Assembly (NCBI GenBank): GCA_951406725.2
Contig: OX597815.1
Span: 144,646,001 to 144,710,000, forward strand
Reading direction: 5' to 3'
DNA length: 64,000 bases
Origin: Octopus vulgaris
Taxonomy: Eukaryota
Below the pieces are notes generated by a model that worked only from the letters and a program-made list of their open reading frames with translations, made no database searches and had not been told where the DNA came from. A program made the translations under genes and the position numbers. This document shows, piece by piece, positions 45,921-60,164 of the stretch (its first letter is position 1; each line of letters opens with the position of its first letter).

Positions 45921-46630
45921 ATATTAAGGGAGCAAGGTCAAAAAGAACGACCTATCTCCAAGATGCTTGAAAATGCTGAGGCATTCAGATGCTACCGAAA
46001 AACTCCAAAAATATACACGGATTGTAAGCGAGCGAGCGAAAAAAACGTTAATTGTGAATTGGGTCCAATTTCTAGATTAAAGCCATAAAACAGACTTTTT
46101 TTCTTCATCAACACCAATACACGAGAAATATGAATACAAATAAATATACATGCCCGTACAAAACAGATTCGCACGTTCACATACAAATATTTGTACATAT
46201 AGATCAAAGATAAGTCAGATTAATATATAAATATATTCATGTGTGTTTGTGCAACTGGCTTTTTTCAGTTATAGTACAATACACTTGTCCAAGGTGCCAC
46301 GCACTGACTGAACCCGGAGCCATGTGGTTTGGAAGCAAACTTCTTACCACACAGCTACGCTTTTATTGAGTTTTATCTCTGCAAAACTTCTCGGTATGTT
46401 CATAAATTAAAGTTAATAGAAGCAAGAACTACTTAGGTAATTTTACTCCATAAAATATGAATATAATCAGAAGACTAGCTGTGTGGTTGAGAGCTTCGCA
46501 GCGAGACTTCGGGATCACTGCCCGACGCCTTCGGGAAGTATCTTTCTTTTATTAGCCACGGCTAGGCCAATATATTATTAACCGTGGAATTTGGAGGCGG
46601 AAACTGAAGATGACTCTCGAGTATTTATAA

Positions 46631-46693
<63 letters not shown>

Positions 46694-46696
<3 letters not shown>

Positions 46697-47085
46697 AGGC
46701 GCAATGGCCCAGTGGTTTGGGCAGCGGACTCGCCGTCATAGGATCGCGGTTTCGATTCCCAGACCGGGCATCCTGAGTGTTTATTGAGCGAAAACACCTA
46801 AAGCTCCACGAGGATCCGGTAGGGGATGGTGGCGAACCCTGCTGTAGCCTCTATCACCACAACTTTCTCTCACTCTTACTTCCTGTTTCTGTTGTGCTTG
46901 TATTTCAAAGGGCCAGCCTTGTCACACTATGTGTCACGCTGAATATCTCCGACAACTAAGTTAAGGGGTACACGTATCTGTGGAGTGCTCAGCCACTTGC
47001 ACGTTAATTTCACGAGCAGGCTGTTCCATTGATCGGATCAACTGGAACCCTCATCGTCGTAAACGACGGAGTACCAACAGCAACA
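46694..47085 (+). mobile_element. SINE-C, full length
   Basis: GGAGGCGCAATGGCCCAGTGG...GGTTTCGATTCCC head; CAA-type tail. Confidence 0.9.
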
Positions 47086-47087
47086 AT

Positions 47088-47449
<362 letters not shown>

Positions 47450-48399
47450 TCTCTTACTTGTTTCTGTCATTGCATTGTGGCCATGTTGGGGCAACACATT
47501 GAAAGGATTTTTTTTCAGTCAATAGAATCAACTCCAGAACCTATTTTATTTTAAGCTTGCTACTTATTTTATCGGTGCTACAGTCGACTATACTTGCTCG
47601 AGGTACCATACAATGGGACTGAACCTGGAACTGTGTGTTTGGGAAGCAAACTTCTTACCACACAGCCACGATATGTGTGAGTGTCATCATTATTTTACGT
47701 CCTCTTTTCCATGCTAGCATGGGTTAGACGGATTTGCTGAGGCAATGCTTTCATTCGCCTCTAATCACGTACCAGGACGCGGTGTGCATGCGCTTACCTA
47801 TACACACAAACACGTACTTACACACAACACACGTAAAAGCACACCCACACCCATGCATACATACATGTGTGTGTGTGTGTGCGTGAATGTGTGTGTGTGT
47901 GCGTGCGTGTGTGTGTGTGTGCGTGCGTGTGTGTGTGCGTGCGTGTGTGTGTGTGAGCGTGTTTGAGTATAACGGTGTAAACCTGCATCCCTTAGGAAAA
48001 AACAACAAACAATGTAACCTGGCCATTAGTTAAAATAAATACAAGACAAAAACAAAAAGTGAGATCGATATGATCGACTGAAAATCCTTAAAAGCAGAGC
48101 TCCAGCCTTGACCACAGCCGTATGAGTAAAAACCGGTAAAATGGACTATGAATAATTAAGCTGTATTTGGTAATGGCTATTTATTTATTCTCTTATTTGT
48201 TTCAGTCATTTGACTGCGGCCATGCTGGAACACCGCCTTTAGTTTAACAAATCGACCCCAGGACTTATTCTTTGTAAGCCTAGTATCTATTCTATCGGTC
48301 TCTTTTGCCGAACCGCTAAGTCACGGGGACGTAAACACACCAGCATCGGCTGTCAAGCGATGTTGGGGTGGACAAACAAACACATAGATGCATATATAT

Positions 48400-48853
<454 letters not shown>

Positions 48854-48947
48854 TTTTCCATACATATCAACTTGTGTGTTCTTTTTCAACCTTCTACACA
48901 CACACACACATATATATATATATATTGCAATAATAAATCTCTGAACG

Positions 48948-49022
<75 letters not shown>

Positions 49023-49733
49023 ACGACGGGCTTCTTTCAGTTTCCGTTTACCAAATCCACTCACAAGGCTTTAGTCGACCCAAGGCTATAGTAGAAGACA
49101 CTTACCCAAGGTGCCACGCAGTGGGACTGAACCCGGAACCATGTGGCTGGTAAGCAAGCTACTTACCAATCAGCCTCTCCTGCGCCTATATGTTAATAGA
49201 TTTGGAACTAAGACTAACTTTAAACTGCCATAAACCTACTCTTATTAATTCTATATTTGTACAACACTAACTGACGGAGTTATGAACTTAACGACCAAAT
49301 AGTTCGATCAATTGATTTTATTTACCATTTGTGCGCTGCTTGCTAAGTTGCTGAACCAGCCACGCTCTTTCATAGGAAACTATTTTTTGACATTTAAAAA
49401 TCATTAATCTACATGCTTTGTTTTTATCAATCCATCTGATAGGTTTGAAACGGGGCTGGTTTAAGTATAGGTCGGTATGTAAATGGGATAGGGCGGTTAG
49501 ATGAGTTACAAAGTTGGTAGGTATGTTGGTAGGCATGATGGTTGTTTAAGCAGAGTATGTGTGTTAGGTAGGCAGGGAGGTAAGTACATGAAACTATAGG
49601 AATGTTTTGTTTATTGAAACAAGGTTTTTCTTTAGTCTTAGCATAGAGGAGGCTTAACTAATTTATCGGTATTTCAAAACTTAACTTGTCTCCAGTGCAC
49701 TCATGTCACATGACAATACACTCATCTATTTAC

Positions 49734-49794
<61 letters not shown>

Positions 49795-49800
49795 GATGAT

Positions 49801-50376
49801 GAGTGAAAGAACAGTGCATGCCATCAAAGTGACACCGGGGTAAAATATACGAAGCCCAGTATACCCATCATGACTACCCGTCTGATAAGGGTACACCAGG
49901 CACATGCATCACAACCATATGTGCGCGACATGGTGATCTCATATCAAGATAAACAGCACATGACCTTGCAGGTGGGGCCCAGTTAGAATTTTCTTCTGAT
50001 CGAGTAGCCCATCTCGCTCAAAAGGTCCCTGAATAAGGATTGTTTAAGGATGTTGAACGAACCACCAATGTTTCCAAAGGTGAATTATCCAAACCTCGAA
50101 GAATTCCTTTCAACACACAGCTACGATGCTCCCCCACTACTTCTGCTCGTGATCAGAGATGCACATATCGTCAGCCACTAAGGGACATGGTCAACTTGTT
50201 ATGGTCAAACAACAGACAAGCAAATCTGTGGAATTAAGCAGAATATTTGCTGTAGTTCCTCATTTATACCAAGACAAAGCAATGTACATAACACTTCCAA
50301 TCAGTTAAGATCAGGAGCCATGAGAGCCACTGCCTGGCACTGCATCAAGGCACCACTGTCTGGTATTGCATCAGGG

Positions 50377-50378
<2 letters not shown>
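49801..50378. mobile_element. (ATT)n-embedded repeat, copy 3, with duplicated terminal ~26 bp
   Basis: CCACTGCCTGGCACTGCATCAAGGCA followed by CCACTGTCTGGTATTGCATCAGGGCA, then (TTA)n. Confidence 0.85.
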
Positions 50379-50430
<52 letters not shown>

Positions 50431-50431
50431 C

Positions 50432-51010
<579 letters not shown>

Positions 51011-51244
51011 TTATGCATTGTATTTCGTCGTTTGATGTACTTCTCACTGTCTTGGACCGTTAAGGCCGGACAGAACGCTTAGAAACATTTTGTCCGTCTT
51101 TACAATCTGAGTCCAAATTCTGCCGAGGTTGACTTTGGTTTTCATCATTTCTGGGTCGACGAAATAAGTACCAGTTGCGTACTGCGGTCGATGAAATCGA
51201 CTATCCCCCTCCCACCAAATTTCAGGCCCTGTGCCTAAAGAATT

Positions 51245-51277
<33 letters not shown>

Positions 51278-51313
51278 CTTCTTCTTCTTCTTCTTCTTCT
51301 TCTTCTTCTTCTT

Positions 51314-51344
<31 letters not shown>

Positions 51345-51446
51345 AGGTGATGAACTAGCAGAATCGTTAGCGTGTCGAACAAAATGCTTAGCGATATATT
51401 TTTTTTTGCGATTCTTTACGTTCTGTGTCAACTGCTACCCAGGTCA

Positions 51447-51503
<57 letters not shown>

Positions 51504-51506
51504 GAA

Positions 51507-51865
51507 AGTGGCGAGCTGGCAGAAACGTTAGAACTCTGGGCAAAATGCTTACCGGTATTTCGTCTGCCGTTACGTTCTGAGTTCAAATTCCGCCGAGGTC
51601 GACTTTGCCTTTCATCCTTTCGGGGTCGATTAAATAATTACCAGTTACGCAATGGTGTCGATATAATCGACTTAATCTGTTTGTCTGTCCTTGTTTGTCC
51701 TCTCTGTATTTAGCCCCTTGTGGGTAGTAAAGAAATAGGTATTTCGCCCGTCGCTACGATCTGAGTTCAAATTCCGTCGCGGTTTGACTTTGCCTTTCAT
51801 CCTTTCGGGGTCGATAAAATAATTACCAGTTACGCACTGGGGTCGATGTAATCGACTTAATCCCC
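51507..51865 (+). mobile_element. SINE-B with partial tandem second unit
   Basis: Junction AGTAAAGAAATAGGTATTTCG near 51726-51746. Confidence 0.85.
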
Positions 51866-53164
51866 TCTGCTGCTGCTGCTGCTGTTGTTGTTGTTGTGAA
51901 GACAGCTAACTCAACAACTGCTCCGGATAATTCAAATTCTGCCTACGCCCATTGAAAGCCTAACTACAATAAAAACAACTCAGCTTTGCAATCCAACGAA
52001 ACTCTTATACGTTTCCCAGTGCTCCGACTTCTTCCATTGCAGCTTATTCATAGCTAAACGGACATGAATTTTTGAGAGTTGAGTATTTCGACAATGGTCA
52101 TAGCACAGTTCTGGTGACATTATACGAATCGGGCTGATTGCGATGTCATTCAATGAGCCATACGGACCTGAGAAATCAGAGCGTTAAGGGCAACGCTTAA
52201 GACACTTTTTAGGGCCTCTGTGATTGTTGGGGAAGAAGAGATGGGCGGTTATCTACAGAATGGGGACCAGGACTGAATACTTCCGACAGAGTGGACTCCG
52301 CTAAAGTCAACTAACGAACATTCGTTGGTGTTAAACAGATTAAATCTAACACGGTCCCTATGACGAGCTCCCGTACAATTTCCATCTACTGAATCTCCCT
52401 CTTCGAGGTTATAAAAGGTACTTGCTCAAGGAGTCATGCAGTGGGATTCAGCCAACAGTTTGGACGTGAAACTCTAAGCTACACAGCTGTACTAAGTTAC
52501 TTGGCATTCCGCATCTTAACACAAAGGAATGTCAATACATATCATCATAATACGATTTTAATCATCTAAATACAATATTTTTATCAAGAGTCGTAAATAA
52601 ATTTAGTAAAAAAAACAGAGATAAACCTTGATCAAGCATATCATGTGACATTGGTTACTTCCGTTTAATCTAGAAACGACTTTGTAAATTAAAAACAATC
52701 TTCGCAGTCATTTGGTGTAAAGACATTAAGATAGAGGTTGAAATTAAATCAGTATTAAAAAAACAATCTAGTATTACTCAAACATATATACGTGCGTGCT
52801 CTCTCGTAATTTCCAACTAAACACGAATTCAGTTGAACAGCTTTAATGAAAATGAGGCAGCGAGGGAAGAGACGTCTTCTGCGAGGAAACATGTAATATA
52901 TGCTTTTGGTGAGGGAAATAAGTAACGGTTTAAGGAAGGAGCTCTTTAACCCTTTAGCATTCAGGTTACTCTGTCTAATGTAATGCTTACTTATTCATAT
53001 TGTTTTAAATTAGTCTACGTTATCTCATAGCTTCAAGACTTCGATGATATGATTGTTTATTTTTAGAATGACATTGTAGTATAGTTTCTACAGGGATGAT
53101 CTCGCTGGTTTGAGCATAAAACATGTGGAATATTTCAGCCAGATGTGGTCCGTTTAAGCGCTAA

Positions 53165-53560
53165 TGGATTAAGGAATATAGGGGCAATTTACGGAATATA
53201 GGGGCTGGACATATACTTGAAAGAACGTGGGAAAACTTTTACGAACATAGGGAGGCTTTAATTAACTTGGGGACACTTTCTGAAGATGGGGATAATTTAA
53301 GGAACATCGGGCAATTTAAGGAACATCAGACAATTTAAGGAACATCGAACAATTTAAGGAACATGGGGACACTTTAATGGAAATGAGAACACTTAAAGAA
53401 ATATAGAGACACTTCAAAGAACACGGGGACAATTAATGAGGATAGGGACACCTTTGGGGACATGGGGACAGTTTAAGGAATTTGGGGACATTTCAATAAA
53501 CAAGGAAACAGTCAATGAGTATAAGAATATTTTAAGGAACGTGGAAATACTTTAAGGATC
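53165..53560. repeat. Degenerate ~19-21 bp minisatellite
   Basis: Repeated AATTTAAGGAACATCGGGC-like units. Confidence 0.75.
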
Positions 53561-53769
53561 TGCTAGAAATAGCAACCAATAATCCTTCAACTCACACTTT
53601 TGCATCTTAGAAAAGTGGAAGGAAAATTTATTGAATAATACAATCCACTGGGTGAAAAAAAATGGAGAAAAACAAAAAGCGATGGAGGTGGATGATCGTG
53701 TCTGGAATGCCTCTGATCATCAGTCTGTTCATTTTTGTCCATTCTTCTGCACTACAACATTCAGTGGTA

Positions 53770-54262
53770 CCTACAATTTGTGTCACACCGAATCTCCCTG
53801 AGAACTACGTTAAATGTATGCGTGTCTGCGGAGTACTCAGCCACTTAGTTAACTTCAAGAGCAGGCTGTTCCATTGATCGGATCAACTGGAACCTGCATC
53901 GTCGTGACCGACGAAGTGCAAGTTAGTTATTGTGAAGACGCGTGATTTATTGGTTAAGGTATTCGACTCACGATCGTAAGCGCGTGGGTTCGATTCCCAG
54001 GGATTCGTTGTGTCCTTGAGCAAGACACTTTATTTCACTTTGCTCCAGTTCACTCAGCTGGCAAAAATGAGTTGTACCTGTAATTCAAAGGGGGACCAGC
54101 CTTATCACTTTCTGTGTCACACAAAATCTCCCTGAGAACTACGTTCAGGATACGCGTGTCTGTGGAGTACTCAGCCACTTGCACGTTAATTTCAAGAGCA
54201 GTCTGTTCCGTTGATCAGATCAGCTGCAGCACATGTCGTCGCAACCGGCGGAATACCGGCTC
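53770..54262 (+). mobile_element. Two SINE-C-related copies (tail 53770-53920; head and tail 53932-54262)
   Basis: GAGAACTACGTT...GGAGTACTCAGCCACTT tail occurs twice; B box GGTTCGATTCC near 53987. Confidence 0.75.
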
Positions 54263-54421
54263 GATCAGATCTGGTTTGGAGTTAAACAACAACAACAAAA
54301 ACAAATCAATTCTGGGATGTTTAACTTTTCGTTAACTCTTCTTCGGAAAAAGAGGAAAGTCCAATAGAAGGGAAGACGGAGGAAGAAAATCGCCAACGAT
54401 TCACATGTGGTTACATTTTGA

Positions 54422-54501
<80 letters not shown>

Positions 54502-54559
54502 GTAGGGAATATAATTCCAAAACTTACAGGGAAAAATTCAATTTAACAATTTTAAAAGA

Positions 54560-56692
54560 AAAAAACACTCATCAGGCGCATCAAAAGACTCAACAAAAAA
54601 ATCAACCAATTAAAATATTCCCACACGCAACATCCACATTCAACAACAATGAAAAGACTAGAGCTGGAAAAACTTCATCTGCAGACTAACATGAAAACCT
54701 CCATTGAAAATCAAAGAGCTGTGGAGGAACAATGGGTAATCAAAAACATCAAACAGAACCCAAAAGTGTTCTATTCTTATGCAAATAAGCATAGAACCAC
54801 TGTCTCACCTATTGGGCCATTGATTGATGAAAACGGCATTCCCCAACACGATGCTAAAGAAATGGCAGAAATACTGCAGAAACAATATTGCTCTGTCTTC
54901 AGTGTTCCCACTGATATTGATGTGAGGGAAACGAACGAAGCTGACTCCCAACACAAAATCGCAGACATAACCTTCACTGCCACCGACATCGTAGCAGCAA
55001 TAAATGAGGTCAAACATTACTCTGCTGTAGGCCCTGATAGATTTCCCGCCAGTCTCCTGAAGGAATGTAGATATCAACTTGCAGTCCCTCTGACCAACCT
55101 CTGGAGAAACACGTTAGACGCAGGTTATATACCGAAAAAGTTTCTATCCCAGTCGGTCATCCCGGTTTTCAAACAGGGAAACAGATCCCTCGCAGTCAAC
55201 TATCGCCCAATCTCACTCACCTCCCACATCATTAAAGTGTTTGAAAGAGTTTTAAGATCAAGGATAGCTGACTTCCTGGAGACCCACAAACTCCTAAATT
55301 CAAATCAGCATGGCTTTCGCTGTGGCAGGGACTGTCTAACACAGCTCTTACACCACATTGAAGATGTACTCAAAGCCTTGGGAACAGGTTCGAACTCTGA
55401 CGTCATATACCTTGACTTCAGTAAAGCGTTCGACAGGGTAGACTATAACATCCTACTCTCGAAATTGGCAAATGTTGGAATCCGTGGAAAAGTTCTACAC
55501 TGGATTCAGTATTTCCTAGCGAATAGAACACAACATGTTGTAGTTGATGGAGTCCACCCAAACCCAGCAAAAGTCACCAGCGGTGTTCCCCAGGGAACTG
55601 TTTTGGGTCCGCTACTCTTCATAATTTATGTAAACGACCTTTCCAGTGTCGTACATCACTGCAAAGTGAAAATATTCGCTGATGACACTAAGCTCCAGCA
55701 AATCGTCAATGAAGAAGCAGACCGAACTCAACTCCAGTCTGACCTATATGCTGTGAGTCAGTGGGCAGACAGAAACAAAATGCAACTGAATGAGGGAAAA
55801 TTTGAGCTGATGCATTTTGGAAGAAATTCCTCACTAAAACAACCATACTCTCTTCCTTCAGGGGAACCGCTCACAGCCTCTAACAATATCAGAGACCTGG
55901 GTGTAATTGTTGATGACGATCTCAGTTGGAGTGCACACATCAACAAGAAGGTCGATACAGCTCGTAGGATGAGTTCCTGGATCTTAAGAACTTTCCGGTC
56001 CAGAGAACAAGGTGTCATCATACCACTTTTTTCATCCTTTGTACGGCCACACCTTGAATACTGCTGCCCACTGTGGTCTCCTCACACAAGACAAAACATC
56101 TCAAGAATTGAGTCACCCCAGAGGGCTCTCACTAAACAAATTGAAGGCATGGCTGCTCTCGATTATTGGGATCGCCTTAAAGCCTTGAAACTTTACTCCC
56201 TCCAGCGTCGCCGTGAGCGGTACATCATTTGTACGATGTGGAAAATATACCGCCAACTTTGCCCAAACGACCTAAACATTAGCTTCAAGGTTCATCCGAG
56301 ACTTGGACCACGGGCTATACGTCCCCTGCCAAATTCAAGATCACAACATACATGTACACTGCAACATAATTTCTTTTCCTCAACAGGCCCTGCCCTATTT
56401 AACATTGTCCCGAGGGAGATCAAAGAGGAAAAGGATCCCATCAACTTCAAACAGAGTCTGGATAGATTCCTTCAAAGAATACCAGATAAGCCACCCATAA
56501 TTGGATACAACTCACCCAACAAGAACTCACTACTTGAACAAAACTGGATACAACTCACCCAACAAGAACTCACTACTTGAACAAAACTTGACTTAAACAG
56601 GATTCGAATAATCCTATCAGGTGGTGCTATTAAGTTAGACATGGCCTGGACCAATCTCTGGTCGAAACATATCTAAGTTTTATCTAAGTTTT
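54560..56692 (+). mobile_element. 5'-truncated CR1-type LINE
   Basis: RT ORF without endonuclease; short 3' UTR ending in tandem TATCTAAGTTT; 5' boundary approximate. Confidence 0.9.
54649..56580 (+). CDS. Reverse transcriptase domain of CR1-type LINE ORF2 (643 aa, endonuclease missing)
   Basis: NYRPISLTS, QHGFR, YLDFSKAFDRV, GVPQGTVLGP, FADDTK, RDLGV, RPHLEYCCPLWSP. Confidence 0.9.
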   Translation: MKRLELEKLHLQTNMKTSIENQRAVEEQWVIKNIKQNPKVFYSYANKHRTTVSPIGPLIDENGIPQHDAKEMAEILQKQYCSVFSVPTDIDVRETNEADSQHKIADITFTATDIVAAINEVKHYSAVGPDRFPASLLKECRYQLAVPLTNLWRNTLDAGYIPKKFLSQSVIPVFKQGNRSLAVNYRPISLTSHIIKVFERVLRSRIADFLETHKLLNSNQHGFRCGRDCLTQLLHHIEDVLKALGTGSNSDVIYLDFSKAFDRVDYNILLSKLANVGIRGKVLHWIQYFLANRTQHVVVDGVHPNPAKVTSGVPQGTVLGPLLFIIYVNDLSSVVHHCKVKIFADDTKLQQIVNEEADRTQLQSDLYAVSQWADRNKMQLNEGKFELMHFGRNSSLKQPYSLPSGEPLTASNNIRDLGVIVDDDLSWSAHINKKVDTARRMSSWILRTFRSREQGVIIPLFSSFVRPHLEYCCPLWSPHTRQNISRIESPQRALTKQIEGMAALDYWDRLKALKLYSLQRRRERYIICTMWKIYRQLCPNDLNISFKVHPRLGPRAIRPLPNSRSQHTCTLQHNFFSSTGPALFNIVPREIKEEKDPINFKQSLDRFLQRIPDKPPIIGYNSPNKNSLLEQNWIQLTQQELTT

Positions 56693-56704
56693 ATAATATA
56701 TGCA

Positions 56705-57078
56705 TATAATTTAGAGAAAAACCTCTATTAAACAATTCAATAAAGAAAGATGTTATTCACACTATATAGAAAACATATACTATAAAAAAAAACTTATTCT
56801 AAAAATCAATAAAGTGTGAGGAGGGTGCGTGTGTGTGTGTGTGCGCGTGTGTACGCGCAATGGAAGTGGGATGGTTCATCTTTGTTCGCTTAGTATTTGG
56901 GTTTATTTTTTGATTTGGTTGAATCTTGGTTGTTTTTTTTTTCTTTTTGTCAGTTATTTATTGTACTTTATTGATTTTTAGAATAAGGTTGTTTTTTTAT
57001 AGTATATGTTTTCTATATGGTGTGAATAACATTTTTCTTTATTGAATAGTTTAATAGAGGTTTTTCTCTAAATTATAT
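56705..57078. repeat. AT-rich foldback, ~110 bp arms
   Basis: TATAATTTAGAGAAAAACCTCTATTAAAC...ATCAATAAAGT pairs with ACTTTATTGAT...GTTTAATAGAGGTTTTTCTCTAAATTATA. Confidence 0.9.
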
Positions 57079-57082
57079 ACAT

Positions 57083-57164
<82 letters not shown>

Positions 57165-57210
57165 GTATATGTATATATATGTATATGTATATATATACAT
57201 ATGCATATAC

Positions 57211-57384
<174 letters not shown>

Positions 57385-57407
57385 ACTGGCCTATTTCAGT
57401 TTCCGTC

Positions 57408-60164
57408 TGAAACGAACTTGATGTGATGTGTGAATATCTTCGTGCACTTTTGGGGTGCACAAAGCAATCACTACTCGTTCGTTAATTATCCAGAATCTCT
57501 ACTAGTCAGAAACAACAAGACGCAGACGGAATATATACATATAACTACTTTATTCTCTTTTCTTGGTAAACAATAACAATAAGTGTGTTATCTGATGTCC
57601 TTGGTTCTGGGCGCGCAAGGCTGAAAGTTAATAGATTGTAATATTTACAATCTTCAGCCCAAAAACAGAAAGGGTCCAAGATGGCGTCGAACAATGGAGA
57701 CGATGTTGGTCTGCAACAATTTTGGTTAAAGGCCTTTTGGTAAAGGACTGCTAGAATCAGTTCGAACGGAGAGAATATATGCGTGACCGTCGCCGTCAAT
57801 CGCTGGGTCCCAAGTCCTCGATGACTGCTGCTAGTGGTCAAACGTTCTACGACCCCCTTGCCTCGCTAACTACCACGATAGGCAAGCGGGTCGTGCTTCC
57901 GTTCGTTCGCGCATGCGCGAGAGGGGCCTTCCTTCTGTGCCTTGGTGAAGGCTTCAACACGCGCGAAATACTAATGGACCGTGCGCGAGCGCGCGCCGTT
58001 GTAGGATCACTACAGGCTCCCCTCCAGTGCGTACGCACGAAAGGAAACTTATTGTAGTGACTGCAAAACTCAAGGTGGAACCAGATAACCAAATAGCACA
58101 CAATAATATAATGGCAAAATTTATAACATACACAAAGAAATTTACTAAAGGAAAAAGAGAAAAAATACTCAATGAGCAAAAATCAAGAGTGCATGCATGA
58201 AAGTGTATACGTCACAAAGTATAGGGGCCTTCCGCTGTAGGGAGCGGAAGAAAAGGCAGAACTCACAGTTATTGAACCTAGGCGAAATTAAAATCCAACT
58301 TCTCTAAAGGTAGTTGATCCTGCGAAATAGCAGTTAAATCAATTGCTGCAGGAGAGGAAATGGAATTGTTAGAAGCTCGCTAGTAACACAAAAGGCAAAA
58401 GTGCAAACATGCTGGTGTGATGCGCGACACAGATAATTTTCTGTTAATTACGTGACCAAACAGTGGTCTAACAGGGAAAAATAATTACGCCTATAAATCG
58501 GCGCAGCGCATTTGAACATCCGACGTCTATGAGTCGGGAAAAGAATTAGGCTAACGCAAACGTGTTGCAAAAAACAAGGCAATACACGTGCGAAGCAAAA
58601 GGCGCATGAAATGCAATAGTGCTTGCCAGACCAAAAAACAGCAAGAATATGCCAGTGGTTGAGCGATTATATGCCTCGTTCGTACAGGAACAAAGGTATG
58701 ACATGCTGGCGCGTTATAATGGACAAACAACCCTCTCTATGTATACGTGACCGCTAGGGTCTATAGAAATGAGGGGTGTCCACAAAAGGCAAATTTAGCA
58801 TGGAAAAAAACAAGCGAGAAAAGCATGTGTGACGTATGTATGTGAGAGAGAGCATTTATGTGTGTGTACGTGTGTGCGACAGAAATACATACAAGGTGAA
58901 TGCGAGCAAAATATAAAAAAATACAGCGCATAGAAAAAATGTCTCTCGGGCTATTCCAGACAATGGAATTAGTTTACCAGTCTATAATAGCCTGATGTAC
59001 AATAGCAGTTCGTTCTGTAACAGAAATGTTGAAATCACAAAATGCAGATGCCGGTTGAACACATATCGTGTAGCGGTTGTGGCTTCAATGCTGTGACAGG
59101 TTAACTGGAACAGAAGAAATCTCGTAGAAAGTGCTGGGCTGTGAATTCTTGGTGTGCTAATGCACAAACGGCAAGTGGACCAAACTTCCGCGAGTTGCTA
59201 TGTACATCTTGGTGGAGGTCGACGGTGTTGAAAGGCGACTGTAGTGGACTTGGGACAACATCGTTCTTAGTGATGATGGCGACGAAGATAGCGACGACGT
59301 GAAGTAGACAGACGACGATGATGATGACGAAGGTGGAGAAAAGGCATCGATGAATTGATGGCGTTCGTCATCATGGCTGTAGAATAAGAAAGAGGCTCCT
59401 TCTACAACTGTTTGTGGTGGCCGGAAACAAATCGTCGAAAGATGATGCGTAGAGTTAAATCGTGTTCCGACTTCGCAGAAAAACTGGATTTTTTTTGTTG
59501 ATAAGTGATCTCTGGTTTTAGACCAGAATCACGTCGGGGTCACCACTGAAACGAACTTAGATGTGTGTGAGTGAATATCTGATCTAAAACTTTCGGGGTA
59601 CAAGAAAGCAATCACTCACTCTAGCCGTTGCTTTAATAATCCAGAATCTCTACTAGTCAGAAACAACAAGACGCAGACGGAATATATACATATAACTACT
59701 TTATTCTCTTTCTTGGTAAACAATAACAATAAGTGTGTTATCTGATGTCCTTGGTTCTGGGCGCGCAAGGCTGAAAGTTAATAGATTGTAATATTTACAA
59801 TCTTCAGCCCAAAAACAGAAAGGGTCCAAGATGGCGTCGAACAATGGAGACGATGTTGGTCTGCAACAATTTTGGTTAAAGGCCTTTTGGTAAAGGACTG
59901 CTAGAATCAGTTCGAACGGAGAGAATATATGCGTGACCGTCGCCGTCAATCGCTGGGTCCCAAGTCCTCGATGACTGCTGCTAGTGGTCAAACGTTCTAC
60001 GACCCCCTTGCCTCGCTAACTACCACGATAGGCAAGCGGGTCGTGCTTCCGGTCGTTCGCGCATGCGCGAGAGGGGCCTTCCTTCTGTGCCTTGGTGAAG
60101 GCTTCAACACGCGCGAAATACTAATGGACCGTGCGCGAGCGCGCGCCGTTGTAGGATCACTACA
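57408..60164 (-). mobile_element. Non-autonomous Gypsy-type LTR retrotransposon inserted in a SINE-A
   Basis: LTRs 57408-58014 and 59547-60164 (minus TG...CA); TSD CGTC at 57404-57407 and 60165-60168; PPT GGAGGGGAGCC (minus, 58015-58025); 1.5 kb interior with no gag/pol ORF. Confidence 0.95.
59528..59545 (-). promoter_or_regulatory. Primer-binding site for tRNA-Trp
   Basis: Minus TGGTGACCCCGACGTGAT, complementary to the animal tRNA-Trp 3' end, 1 nt from the LTR. Confidence 0.9.

Noticed and set aside
53165-53560. CRISPR-like periodic repeats
   Set aside because: Degenerate contiguous units without unique spacers, eukaryotic context and no cas genes.
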